From the NCBI GenBank assembly GCA_963706325.1, contig CAVPLT010000004.1:384001-448000 (forward strand): 64,000 nucleotides of DNA, given 5' to 3'. Under the pieces are notes generated by a model that searched no databases, had not been told where the DNA came from, and saw only the letters and a list, made by a program, of their open reading frames with translations. Position numbers and translations under genes: made by a program. Shown here one piece after another: positions 50,825 to 61,041 of the stretch. Each line of letters opens with the position of its first letter. Position 1 is the stretch's first letter. The DNA comes from an uncultured Nitrospiraceae bacterium. GTDB lineage: Bacteria; Nitrospirota; Nitrospiria; Nitrospirales; Nitrospiraceae.

Positions 50825-52603
50825 CTAATATCTCTTGAGTTGATGCAGGGCACCCACTAAGGCGTCAATTTCATCGTGTGTGTTGTAGAAAGCCAGCGAG
50901 GGGCGCACCGTGCCCTCCAATCCGTACCGCCGTACTGCCGGTTGGGCGCAGTGATGACCCGCACGGACTGCGATGCCATGTTGGTCCAGATGCCGGGCGA
51001 CTTGTTCAATAGAAAGGCCTTCCATTACGAAGGACAGAACGCTGGCCTTTGAGGCCGCGGTCCCGATAGGGCGTAGACCCCGAACCGACGAGAGGGCGTC
51101 AGTGGCGTACAGGAGCAACTCGTGTTCGTAGGCTGCGATGGCAGGCATCCCTACCTGGCTCAGGTAGTCGATGGCGACTCCAAGACCGATGACTTCGGCG
51201 ATAGCCGGCGTGCCCGCCTCGAATTTCTGAGGACTGCTTTGATAGGTCGTTTTTTGAAAAGACACATCCTTGATCATATTCCCACCGCCCTGCCAGGGAG
51301 GCATGGCTTCGAGCAGGTCGGCCTTCCCGTATAGCACGCCGATTCCGGTCGGTCCGAAGATCTTGTGGCCTGAAAACGTAAAAAAATCACAGTTCATTGC
51401 CCTGACGTCGATTGGCATGTGGGGCGTCGATTGCGCGCCGTCCACCAAGACGGGCACTCCCTGCGCATGGGCCATCGCAATCAGCTGTTCGACAGGGTTG
51501 ACGGTCCCCAAGGCATTGGACACTTGTGTGATGGCCACCAATTTGGTACGAGGGCCCAGGAGAGCTGCGAACTCATCGAGCAGCAATTCGCCTGCATCGT
51601 TGATCGGCGCGACCCGAAGCGTTGCGCCGGCCTGCTCTGCCAGCATTTGCCAGGGTACGATGTTCGCGTGATGTTCCATCGCAGTGAGGAGGATTTCATC
51701 ACCTCGGCCGACGTGAGCCCGCCCATAAGTCTGCGCCAACAAGTTAATGGCTTCGGTGGTCCCCCGAGCAAAGACGATCTCCTTCGAATCCGCAGCGCCG
51801 ATGAATCGCCGCACCTTGTCTCGTCCGCCTTCGTACAAATCGGTCGAATGTTGCGCCAAGGTGTGGGCGCCCCGGTGGATGTTGGAGTAGTCCCGGCTGT
51901 AAAATTTTGACGTGGCGTCGATTACGGCCTGCGGTTTCTGTGTCGTGGCTGCATTGTCCAGCCAGATAAGCGGTTTCCCGTTTACGTGGCGTTGCAACAG
52001 CGGAAAGTCCCGTCTGATGGCATCGATGTTCAGCGAAGATAGATTCAACCCATGCTTTGGAACGGGCGTAGCCTGCGGTGCTCTATGCGTGGCTCCATGA
52101 GATCCGCGCAGGAAATAGAAATCCGGGGTAAACAGGTCCTCATGGTGCTGCGAAGCAAATCCGAGGTCGGTGCTTTTTGCCCAATAGGGATCGGTGTGAC
52201 CGTTGCGTTCCCCATGTGGCTGGACGGGTGACGAGGCATGTCTATGGGTCTCGCCGCCGCCGTTGCATCGTGGCTCGCCGAAGGGATGGGTTTCGCTGGA
52301 GTTGTGGTCATGCCCACCCGATCCTGTGCCGGACCCCGCTGCCAGGGGGCCTTGTAGTCCAGGGTGCACAGGGGGGTGGGTGTCTGGTGTCGCGGATGGA
52401 TAGCCACCAGCTAGGCCCGGATACTGCGGTGTGCCCGTTGGAACCGCGGAGGCAAAGCTTTCTTCCCTTATCCCGTGCTGAAGAGCCGTCGGGTGAGACC
52501 CCTCGGCTGATTCCGCAAAGAATTCGTTTGCTAGCTTGGTGAGCAGCTCTGTGCCGAATGGATCAGGGCCGATACCCGTCATATTGTCCGGTGCTTGTGT
52601 CAT
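50825..52603 (-). CDS. SufS-type cysteine desulfurase with a disordered N-terminal encapsulin-targeting domain
   Basis: LTKLANEFF motif, about 180 aa low-complexity N-terminus, LDNAATTQKP, FSGHK (PLP Lys), RAGHHCA. Confidence 0.93.
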   Translation of the reverse strand: MTQAPDNMTGIGPDPFGTELLTKLANEFFAESAEGSHPTALQHGIREESFASAVPTGTPQYPGLAGGYPSATPDTHPPVHPGLQGPLAAGSGTGSGGHDHNSSETHPFGEPRCNGGGETHRHASSPVQPHGERNGHTDPYWAKSTDLGFASQHHEDLFTPDFYFLRGSHGATHRAPQATPVPKHGLNLSSLNIDAIRRDFPLLQRHVNGKPLIWLDNAATTQKPQAVIDATSKFYSRDYSNIHRGAHTLAQHSTDLYEGGRDKVRRFIGAADSKEIVFARGTTEAINLLAQTYGRAHVGRGDEILLTAMEHHANIVPWQMLAEQAGATLRVAPINDAGELLLDEFAALLGPRTKLVAITQVSNALGTVNPVEQLIAMAHAQGVPVLVDGAQSTPHMPIDVRAMNCDFFTFSGHKIFGPTGIGVLYGKADLLEAMPPWQGGGNMIKDVSFQKTTYQSSPQKFEAGTPAIAEVIGLGVAIDYLSQVGMPAIAAYEHELLLYATDALSSVRGLRPIGTAASKASVLSFVMEGLSIEQVARHLDQHGIAVRAGHHCAQPAVRRYGLEGTVRPSLAFYNTHDEIDALVGALHQLKRY

Positions 52604-52607
52604 CGCA

Positions 52608-53579
52608 TCACCTCTTCGGATAGACATAGTCGTGGTAGAAGTTCACGGATACGTTATCCAGACGCGCGATGGCATCTTCTGTTAGCACCGCGGTTGAGAA
52701 ATAGCGAGTCACGAGATGTGAGGCAATGCCGTGCTCATTCGTTCCCATGTAACGGATGGAAAGACCCGGCTCGACTTCTCCCGTTACCCCGCCCTTTTGC
52801 AAGCCGACGACACCTTGCTGTGGTTCACCGACGCGCAGGAGGAGGATGCTGGTCTTGCCTCCCTTGTCGATTTCCAATTTGTTGCTTGGAAGTAAGGGAA
52901 TTCCACGCCATGTTATGAATGGGGAACCGTAAAAATTCACGGTGGGTGGCGGCACCCCTCGCCTGGTCGCTTCACGACCGAAGGCGGCGATGGCTTTGGG
53001 GTGGGCAAGGAAGAACGCGGGTTTTTTCCATACCAGGCTTAGAAGCTCGTCGAAGTCATCTGGCGTGGGTGTGCCTTTCCGGCTGTTGATCCGTTGTCCC
53101 GGTACGACTTCCTTCAAGAGCCCGAAGTTCGGATGGTTAATCAACTCCCACTCCTCTTGCTCCTTAACCGCTTCTACCGTTAGCCGCACTTGCTCCCGCA
53201 ACTGATCGATGCGATTGCTGTACAGATCCGTCACGCGGGTATGGGTGTGGACAACTGTCTGGATACTACTGAGATGATATTCACGTGGATTCACTTCATA
53301 ATCGACAAAGGCCGTGGGGAGCTTTGGTTCGCCGCCATCGACGGTCAGCAGGTCGACATGCTCTTCTCCAAAATCGTTCTCCGGCGTGCCTTTAGCTGCC
53401 TTCGCCACCCTGTTCACGCGATAGACTCCGCCATCGATATTCACCCAGGGGAGAAGTTTGCGCAGCCACCGCGGGGTGATCTGCACCATCTGTGGAACTG
53501 TGACCGTCGCGGTTGCCAGATTGCGCGCTGCTTTGGCGCTCAAACTCTGTTGTCCTGATGCACTGGATCGTTCGCTCAT
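52608..53579 (-). CDS. Family 2A encapsulin shell protein (SrpI-like)
   Basis: AARNLAT, ITPRWL.KLLPW, GGVYRVNR, PREY.LS, RV.DLYS, E.ELIN...FGLL, PTPDD.DELL. Confidence 0.93.
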   Translation of the reverse strand: MSERSSASGQQSLSAKAARNLATATVTVPQMVQITPRWLRKLLPWVNIDGGVYRVNRVAKAAKGTPENDFGEEHVDLLTVDGGEPKLPTAFVDYEVNPREYHLSSIQTVVHTHTRVTDLYSNRIDQLREQVRLTVEAVKEQEEWELINHPNFGLLKEVVPGQRINSRKGTPTPDDFDELLSLVWKKPAFFLAHPKAIAAFGREATRRGVPPPTVNFYGSPFITWRGIPLLPSNKLEIDKGGKTSILLLRVGEPQQGVVGLQKGGVTGEVEPGLSIRYMGTNEHGIASHLVTRYFSTAVLTEDAIARLDNVSVNFYHDYVYPKR

Positions 53580-53706
53580 CGTGTCGTCCTTTCCATGGTG
53601 TTGGGCAGGTGCCCTGAAATCGTTCACTCACTACGCTTCTTGGCCCACGTCCTCACGTGATGCCCTCCAAGAATCCGGCATGGTCTGGGGCGGCTCGGTC
53701 GCCCGA

Positions 53707-54222
53707 TTATGGCTTCATCCCGTGCCCAGGAATAATCGTGAAGACACGCCGGTCGAAGCGCAGGATTCCGCTGTGTATGAGATGTTTTCTGGCAAAATAG
53801 CAGGCGTCGTTGATGAGAAATTTCGCCGGAAAATTATCCACTCCATCGATCACCACCGAATAATTACGAACAAGATCCAAAGCGTTGGCGGCCATAAACC
53901 GATCCTCAAACAGCACCACTTTGACGTCCGGATTCAGTGCCTCGATCTTTTCCTTGGCCGAGAGGACCTTGGGGCGTCCCACATCGGGCGTGTGATGAAT
54001 GACCTGTCGCTGAAGATTGGAGAGATCAACGACGTCGTTGTCGATCAGTCCGATGGTGCCCACGCCGGCTGCAGCCAGGTACAGAGCTGCCGGTGAACCG
54101 AGGCCACCGGCGCCGACGATCAGAATGCTTGCCTGCGAGATTTTGTTTTGCCCCTTGCCTCCCACCTCCGGAAGCAAGATGTGGCGGCTATATCGGGTGA
54201 TTTGTTCGTCGAAAAAATTCAT
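53707..54222 (-). pseudogene. C-terminally truncated MoeB/ThiF adenylyltransferase
   Basis: RYSRHILL, GAGGLG, SNLQRQ, DG.DNF present; stops at 171 aa, before the CYRC Zn motif and the active-site Cys. Confidence 0.75.
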
Positions 54223-54283
54223 ATGTCGCTTTCATCTGCATGCCAGTCATCAGCCTGGAGCTGACGGCTGAGAGCGTTCCTAC

Positions 54284-55213
54284 TTAGATATTGAAATATT
54301 TCTCCATGCTGATGTATCGCTCGCCCGTATCGCAGATCACCGTCACCACGCTTTTACCTGGACCGAGTTCCTGTGCCAGCTTCTGGGCGGCATAGACGTT
54401 TGCGCCGGACGAGATGCCTCCCAGGAGGCCCTCTTTCTTTGCCAGGAGCTTGGCGGTCTGGTGGGCCTCATTGTCGGTGACCGTGATCACCCGATCGAGG
54501 ATCTTCTGATTCAACACCTGCGGGATAAACCCCGCGCCGATGCCCTGAATTTTGTGGGGGCCTGGCGCGCCGCCTGAGAGAAGCGGAGATCCGCTCGGCT
54601 CCACCGCAACGATGTGAATGTGTGGATTGCGTTCCTTGAACACTTCCCCGCAGCCGGTGATGGTCCCGCCTGTGCCCACCCCCGCGACGAAGGCGTCGAA
54701 CCGGCCGTCCAGGGCCTCCCAAATCTCCACGGCCGTCGTCTGCCTATGCGCAGCCGGATTAGCTGGATTGGAAAACTGGTCGGGCATGAAGCAAGAGGGA
54801 TGCTGCGACACAATCTGCTCCGCTTCCTTGATAGACCCTTTCATGCCATCGGCGGCGGAGGTCAGCACCAATTGCGCGCCATACGATGAGAGGAGGCTCG
54901 CGCGCTCCGCGCTCATGCTCTCCGGCATCACCAGGATCACCGGATACCCACGGACTGCCGCGATGAGCGAGAGGCCGATCCCGGTATTTCCGCTGGTCGA
55001 CTCGACGATCGTCGTGCCGGGTTTGAGCCGACCGCTTCGTTCCGCTTCACTGATCATGCTGAGGCAGATTCGGTCCTTGACGCTTCCCCCAGGGTTGGAG
55101 AATTCGACCTTGGCATAGATAGTCGCCCCGCCCGCTGGCGAGAGCCGGTTCAGTCGAATCAGCGGCGTGCGACCGACCAGGTGTGTAATGTTCGGTTGTG
55201 CTCGCTGCGTCAC
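54284..55213 (-). CDS. cysK: Cysteine synthase A
   Basis: NPGGSVKDR, TSGNTG, GVGTGGT, PHKIQGIGAG, DTGERY. Confidence 0.96.
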   Translation of the reverse strand: MTQRAQPNITHLVGRTPLIRLNRLSPAGGATIYAKVEFSNPGGSVKDRICLSMISEAERSGRLKPGTTIVESTSGNTGIGLSLIAAVRGYPVILVMPESMSAERASLLSSYGAQLVLTSAADGMKGSIKEAEQIVSQHPSCFMPDQFSNPANPAAHRQTTAVEIWEALDGRFDAFVAGVGTGGTITGCGEVFKERNPHIHIVAVEPSGSPLLSGGAPGPHKIQGIGAGFIPQVLNQKILDRVITVTDNEAHQTAKLLAKKEGLLGGISSGANVYAAQKLAQELGPGKSVVTVICDTGERYISMEKYFNI

Positions 55214-55410
55214 CGGCCACCGCCCATGTAAAAGAGAAATTCCAGACGGTCGCCAGGCCGCAGCGGTGTAGAGCGCAACTGATCACGTTCGATCAGCGTC
55301 TCGTTCAATTCTACGGCGACCATCTGCGGGTCGATTTGTTTCGCCTTCAACGCGTCCAGTACGACTGACCCCTGGATCTCTTCTGATTTTCCATTGATCT
55401 CAACGAACAT
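55210..55410 (-). CDS. thiS: ThiS-like sulfur carrier protein
   Basis: INGK, VAVELN, GDRLE, C-terminal GGGR; GTGA overlap with cysK. Confidence 0.88.
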   Translation of the reverse strand: MFVEINGKSEEIQGSVVLDALKAKQIDPQMVAVELNETLIERDQLRSTPLRPGDRLEFLFYMGGGR

Positions 55411-55447
55411 AACCTCGGTTCTCCAATCGGTAGGGAGTGCCGTCCAT

Positions 55448-55867
55448 TCAAATGAACAACGAGGTCTCGGCGCCGGCTGTCAGTGCCAGAATCGCCGGCA
55501 ATCCCATGACGCTGTCAACCTGCTTCGTGACGGCGTCCGCGCTCACACCCATGTATTCAAGGCCCGCGCTGCAGGCCACCAGTCGGAAGTCACCGACCGC
55601 TCGGGCTTCCTGGAACATCTCAGACACGCGCGGGACTTTCTTTTCCTTCAGCAGCCGACGGACTTGCTCCGCAGATGCCTCATGCTCGGATGAAAAGTCG
55701 ACCTCATCGATTCGTCCTTCCGCCAGTTTACGAATCGTCCAGAAGAGCAGCACCACCGTGACGTCTTTTCCCATCGCGGCCGCAGTCAGTCCCAACGTGC
55801 CGACCTGGTGGAGGGTGTCGTAGGTGGCGTTGTGCGCAAAGATCACGAAACGTGGTTTCTGTGTCAT
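55448..55867 (-). CDS. DsrE/DsrF-like sulfurtransferase-family protein
   Basis: AAAMG..V.V..FW, LVACS, C-terminal LFI; ATGA overlap with the regulator. Confidence 0.8.
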   Translation of the reverse strand: MTQKPRFVIFAHNATYDTLHQVGTLGLTAAAMGKDVTVVLLFWTIRKLAEGRIDEVDFSSEHEASAEQVRRLLKEKKVPRVSEMFQEARAVGDFRLVACSAGLEYMGVSADAVTKQVDSVMGLPAILALTAGAETSLFI

Positions 55868-56946
55868 GACGCAACCTTCTGCGAGCCGAGCCGTCCGTAC
55901 CGGATCAGCCGATCGCGGACGATATTGCGGCTGATGCCGAGGAGTCGGGCGGTCCGGAGTTGATTCCGATCGCAATACTCGTACGCGGCATGAAAAATCG
56001 TGTCATCAATCAGTTGATACAGCTGAGGCCGTTCTTCCTGGAACAACTGCTGCAAGGTATCGGTGAGGGCAACCAGTGACCGGCCGGCCGTCTCTGCCCC
56101 GACTGCGACGTGAGGGCGTGAGCTTGGCAAACGCAGATCCGCCGGGCTGATTTCTGTGCCCGGGCAGACTACCAACGCGTGATGAATCGTATTTTCAAGC
56201 TCGCGGATATTGCCCGGCCAAGGGTAGGTAAGCAGTCGGTCTGTGGCTTCCGCCGAGAGTCGGGCATCTGTAAAACCCAGTCGGGGCCCGTATATCGAGA
56301 GGAAATAGTGAGCCAACGGCAGAATGTCGCCGGGACGCTCTCGCAACGGCGGGAGGTTCACGGTGGCGACATGCAGTCGATAGTATAGATCCTCGCGGAA
56401 CCGTCCTGCCGCCACGGCTTCGTCGAGGTTCACGTTCGTCGCCGCGATCAATCGCACATCGATGGCAATCGGTTGGCGTGATCCGATGCGTACCACCTCC
56501 CGCTCCTGGATCACCCGCAGCAGTTTGGCTTGAAGCGTCAGCGGGAGATCGCCGATTTCATCCAGAAACAACGACCCGCCCTCGGCGGTTTCGAACCAGC
56601 CGGCCTTGGTGGTGATGGCGCCGGTAAAAGCGCCGCGTTCATGACCGAAGAGTTCGCTTTCCATCAGGGACTCAGTGATCGCCGCGCAGTTGACCGCCAC
56701 GAACGGACCGGTGCGTCGAGCACTGAGTTCGTGAATGTGGCGCGCGATCAGCTCCTTGCCGGTGCCGGTTTCGCCGATAATGAGCGCCGTGGCCTGGCTG
56801 GGGGCAATCCGCTGAACCAGCTCCAGGAGGGCCTTTGATTTGTCGTCTTCGAAAACCAGGCAACTCGCCCTGATCGAAAGGGCGAGCGTTGTCGGGTCGG
56901 AAGCGGCTAATACCTTTAGCGCGCGTTGGCTGTTCGTCGTGGTCAC
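55864..56946 (-). CDS. Sigma54-dependent activator without a sensory domain (SfnR-like)
   Basis: L+[53 protein letters not shown]. Confidence 0.9.
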   Translation of the reverse strand: MTTTNSQRALKVLAASDPTTLALSIRASCLVFEDDKSKALLELVQRIAPSQATALIIGETGTGKELIARHIHELSARRTGPFVAVNCAAITESLMESELFGHERGAFTGAITTKAGWFETAEGGSLFLDEIGDLPLTLQAKLLRVIQEREVVRIGSRQPIAIDVRLIAATNVNLDEAVAAGRFREDLYYRLHVATVNLPPLRERPGDILPLAHYFLSIYGPRLGFTDARLSAEATDRLLTYPWPGNIRELENTIHHALVVCPGTEISPADLRLPSSRPHVAVGAETAGRSLVALTDTLQQLFQEERPQLYQLIDDTIFHAAYEYCDRNQLRTARLLGISRNIVRDRLIRYGRLGSQKVAS

Positions 56947-56962
56947 GTTGTCCTTTCTGGCC

Positions 56963-58030
56963 CTATTCGACCGGCTCGGGAAACACGCGAAGCGACTTCG
57001 GCCGGATGAACACACGTTCGCCGGTGCTGAGGGCAAGATCCCGCCATTGTTCCTGGCTGACCTCCCCTTCGATTACCTCGCCGTTGTCGGTCCGTATCAT
57101 TTCCAATCGGGCGACGGCTCCCACTGGTTGTATTCGACCGACGGTGGCCTCGATGGCCCCGGTTCCATCGGAGAGGCGGTGGAGATCGATTTCATGCGGC
57201 CGCACATAACCGATCGCCGGCCCATCAGAAATGCCGCCTTGCTCGCGAAGCGCCAGGTCGAGATCCCCGACCTGCACCCGGCCTTCATGGACCCGGCCGT
57301 GAAACAGATTCACGCCGCCCAGAAAGTCATAGACGAACGGGCTGGCTGGATGTTCATAGACCTCCTCGGGAGTTCCGATCTGTTCGATACGTCCCTTATT
57401 CATGACGACCACCCGATCCGCCACCTCCAGGGCCTCGTCTTGATCATGGGTCACGAAGACGCTGGTCACGTGGAGGTTCGTGTGAAGTCGCCGGAGCCAG
57501 CGCCGGAGTTCCTTGCGGACCTTGGCATCGAGCGCGCCGAAGGGCTCATCGAGCAAGAGGACCGTCGGCTCGACGGCCAATGCGCGCGCGAGGGCGACTC
57601 GTTGGCGTTGCCCTCCAGATAGTTGTCGTGGATAACGATCTCCCAACCACTCCAGCTGCACAAGTTTGAGTAATTCACGCACCTTGGCGTCGATGGTGTC
57701 CTTGGGTGGCCGCGTGGCTCTCGACCTCACCCTCAGACCGAACGCGACATTCTCAAAAACGGTCATATGACGAAACAGGGCGTAATGCTGAAAGACGAAC
57801 CCCACGCCACGTTCGCCAATATGGCGATCGGTGACTTCCTGATCGTTGAGCAGAATCGAACCGGTCGTCGGGCCCTCCAAGCCGGCCAAGATTCTCAGCA
57901 GGGTGGTCTTGCCGCATCCCGAAGGCCCAAGCAGGGCAATCAGCTCACCGGTGTTGACGCGCAGATTGATCTCCTGCAGCGCGGTAAAGGTTCGGAAGGT
58001 CTTCGTCACGTTGCGTACTTCGATGCTCAT
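56963..58030 (-). CDS. cysA: Sulfate/thiosulfate ABC transporter ATP-binding protein
   Basis: [39 protein letters not shown]-terminal TOBE. Confidence 0.96.
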   Translation of the reverse strand: MSIEVRNVTKTFRTFTALQEINLRVNTGELIALLGPSGCGKTTLLRILAGLEGPTTGSILLNDQEVTDRHIGERGVGFVFQHYALFRHMTVFENVAFGLRVRSRATRPPKDTIDAKVRELLKLVQLEWLGDRYPRQLSGGQRQRVALARALAVEPTVLLLDEPFGALDAKVRKELRRWLRRLHTNLHVTSVFVTHDQDEALEVADRVVVMNKGRIEQIGTPEEVYEHPASPFVYDFLGGVNLFHGRVHEGRVQVGDLDLALREQGGISDGPAIGYVRPHEIDLHRLSDGTGAIEATVGRIQPVGAVARLEMIRTDNGEVIEGEVSQEQWRDLALSTGERVFIRPKSLRVFPEPVE

Positions 58031-58902
58031 GGACGGTGCTCCTTCTGTTCAGCCGACGAAGTCCATTCCACCAGGCTCTTGGCGGCCAAGGTGACCACAG
58101 ACAGCAACGCCAGCAGTGAGGCGACTGCAAAGGCGGCCACATCGTTGTATTCGTTGTAGAGAATCTCGACGTGGAGCGGCATCGTATTGGTTTCGCCGCG
58201 AATATGCCCGGATACGACGGACACCGCTCCGAATTCTCCCATCGCTCGTGCATTGCAAAGAATGACGCCGTAGAGCAGGCTCCATTTGATTGACGGGAGC
58301 GTCACGCGCCAGAAGGTTTGCCAGCCGGTTGCGCCTAGCACGAGCGCCGCTTCTTCCTCGTCCTTGCCTTGCGCTTGCATGAGCGGAATCAGTTCGCGTG
58401 CGATAAAGGGAAACGTGACAAAGATGGTAGCCAGCACGATGCCCGGCACCGCGAAGATGATCTTGATATCGTGCGCGGCGAGCCAGGGCCCGAGGGCACC
58501 TTGCAAGCCAAAGAGCAGCACATAGATCAATCCCGCGACCACCGGTGACACGGAGAAGGGAAGATCGATCAAGGTGATAAGACCTGCTTGCCCCAAAATT
58601 CGAATTTGGCAATGGCCCATGCGGCCGAAATGCCGAAGACGACATTCAGCGGGAGGGCAATGGCCGCCGCCAAAAGCGTGAGCTGAATGGCGGCGATCGC
58701 ATCCGGGTCTTGAAACGAGGCCAGGTAGGTGCCAAGGCCATGCTTCAGCGCTTCGAACAGGATGGCCGCGAGCGGCACGAACAGAAATAGGCCCAGGAAT
58801 GCCAACGAAACCACGATTAGCCCCAGCGGACGAGGGCCGGCTCGGCCCGGTCGAGGCGATACGGGGAACTCTTTTCTCTAGGCTCAAGACACCGGTGGTC
58901 AT
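58027..58902 (-). pseudogene. cysW: Sulfate ABC permease CysW, frameshifted (three apparent -1 indels)
   Basis: AEPALVRW / [13 protein letters not shown]...AKFEFWGK / [12 protein letters not shown]...GEFGAV lie in different frames; shifts near 58847, 58822 and 58580. Confidence 0.88.
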
Positions 58903-58919
58903 ATTCCCTCCAAGTCCGT

Positions 58920-59756
58920 TCAGAATGCTTCCTGCCGTCTGCCACTCCACCACTGCAGTCCGTTGATGAGTAGGAGCAGAATGAACGAAGCCACCAGCAT
59001 CACGACCGCAATGGCCGTGGCGCCGGCATAATCGTATTGTTCCAGTTTCGTGATGATGAGCAGCGGCGTGATTTCCGTTCGCATCGGCATGTTGCCGGAG
59101 ATGAAGACGACGGAGCCGTATTCTCCGACCGCTCGGGCGAAGGCCAACGTAAAGCCGGTCAGCAGGGCCGGCAACACTTCCGGAAAGATCACCTCGGTGA
59201 AGGTTTTCCAGCGGTTGGCTCCCAGCTGGCGGCGGCCTCTTCGATCTCCTTCTCGAGATCTTGCAGCACCGGTTGGACAGTCCGCACCACGAAGGGTAAG
59301 CCGATAAAGGTCAGGGCTACCAGAACTCCCAACGGTGTAAAGGCGACTTTGATCCCCAGCGGTTCCAGATACTGCCCGATCCATCCGTTGACCGAATAGA
59401 TGGCGGTCAGCGCGATTCCGGCAACGGCCGTCGGAAGGGCAAAGGGCAGATCGACGAGCGCGTCCACGAGCTTCTTGCCGGGAAACGAGTATCGCACGAG
59501 GACCCAGGCCATGATCGACGCCGAAGACCGCATTGATGAGGGCGGCCAGAAAGGAGGCCCCAAACGTGAGCTGGTAGGAAGCGACCGTCCGAGGGTCTGC
59601 GACGGCCGACCAGAACTGGTCCCAGCTCAGGGTGGACGTCTTGACGAACAGACCGGTCAACGGGATCAGCACGATCAGGCTGAGGTAGAACAGCGTGAAT
59701 CCGAGCGTGAGGCCGAATCCGGGAAGCACGCTAGGTTGTTTCAAGACGGTTGACAT
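58920..59756 (-). pseudogene. cysT: Sulfate ABC permease CysT, frameshifted (two compensating indels)
   Basis: SVLPGFGL...INAVFG, then IMAWVLVRY...[12 protein letters not shown]...EEAAAS in another frame, then back to LGANRW...GEYGSV; shifts near 59519 and 59225. Confidence 0.88.
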
Positions 59757-59781
59757 GATCTCTCCTTCTGATGCCTGTTGC

Positions 59782-59804
59782 GCCGGTCACTGGAGGTGAC
59801 CGGC
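59782..59804 (-). other. Intercistronic 9-bp stem-loop after sbp
   Basis: GCCGGTCAC-tggag-GTGACCGGC. Confidence 0.5.
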
Positions 59805-59832
59805 ATTCATCACTACGACCTGCCGGCTGCGC

Positions 59833-60864
59833 TCATTTTCTGGTACGCGAAATCTCCTGATAGATCTGGTCGAACAATCCCCCGTCGGCAAAATGGACCT
59901 TGTTGGCTTTGTGCCAGTCGCCGACGATGTCCTTGAGGGTGAAGAGCGTCACCTTAGGAAACTGATCGGCATATTTGGCGGCCACTGCCGCCGATTGTGG
60001 ACGATAGTAATGTTTGGCCGCGATCTCTTGCCCTTCTTCGGAGTAGAGATATTCGAGATAGGCTTGAGCGACTTCTTTTGTGCCCTTCTTGTCCGCCACC
60101 TTGTCCACGACGCTCACGGTGGGCTCTGCGAGAATGCTGGTCGGCGGCACCACGATCTCGAATTTGTCTTTGCTCAATTCGGTTCCGCCCAAGAGGATCT
60201 CGTTTTCCCAATTGATGAGCACATCGCCGATGCCCCGCTCCACGAAGGTGGTCGTGGCGCCCCGCGCGCCGGAGTCGAGCACCGGCACGTTCCGATAGAG
60301 GCGGGAGAGAAAATCCCTGGCGGCGGTTTCATCGCCGCCGAATTTCTTGAGCGCATAGCCCCAGGCGCCTAGATAGTTCCAGCGTGCGCTGCCCGAAGTT
60401 TTCGGGTTGGGTGTGATGACGGAGACGCCGGGCTTGACCAGGTCGTCCCAGTCCTTGATGCCTTTGGGATTCCCTTTGCGGACCAGAAAAATGATGGTCG
60501 AGGTGTAGGGTGCGCTGTTATGGGGTAGCCGAGCTTGCCAATTTGCAGGGAGCAAAGCCGATTTTTCGGCGATGGCATCGACATCGTGCGCCAGCGCCAG
60601 CGTCACGACGTCAGCTTGCAGCCCGTCGATGACGGCCCGCGCCTGTTTGCTCGATCCACCGTGGGATTGCTTGATGGCAATCGTTTGACCGGTTTTCGTC
60701 TTCCATTCTTTGATGAAGGCGGTGTTGAACTCCTGATACAGCTCCCTTGTCGGGTCGTACGACACGTTCAGCAATGACACTGTCTCTGCCGCATCAACCG
60801 GTGCAAATGCGGCCAGAACTACCACTACCGACAATGAACTGATCACCTGTTTGAACGTCATCAT
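59833..60864 (-). CDS. sbp: Sulfate ABC substrate-binding protein
   Basis: [42 protein letters not shown]. Confidence 0.96.
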   Translation of the reverse strand: MMTFKQVISSLSVVVVLAAFAPVDAAETVSLLNVSYDPTRELYQEFNTAFIKEWKTKTGQTIAIKQSHGGSSKQARAVIDGLQADVVTLALAHDVDAIAEKSALLPANWQARLPHNSAPYTSTIIFLVRKGNPKGIKDWDDLVKPGVSVITPNPKTSGSARWNYLGAWGYALKKFGGDETAARDFLSRLYRNVPVLDSGARGATTTFVERGIGDVLINWENEILLGGTELSKDKFEIVVPPTSILAEPTVSVVDKVADKKGTKEVAQAYLEYLYSEEGQEIAAKHYYRPQSAAVAAKYADQFPKVTLFTLKDIVGDWHKANKVHFADGGLFDQIYQEISRTRK

Positions 60865-61041
60865 GATCTCCTTGGTTCCGACTGAGGTATGTTTGTTCGA
60901 TCAGGTCCACGACCTGTGTACAGTCTCCTGATCGAAGGTGTTCGAGAGAAAAAGGTCGCTTCGATGGTCAACAGTGATCTGGCGTGCACATGCCTGAGCA
61001 TGAGCGGGCATTGAATAGAATCGTTGCCCGATTGAGTCGGT

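Noticed and set aside
60896..60936. 10-bp inverted repeat and tiny Cys ORFs upstream of sbp
   Set aside because: The stem is real but probably an ordinary intercistronic structure; the mini-ORFs lack an RBS
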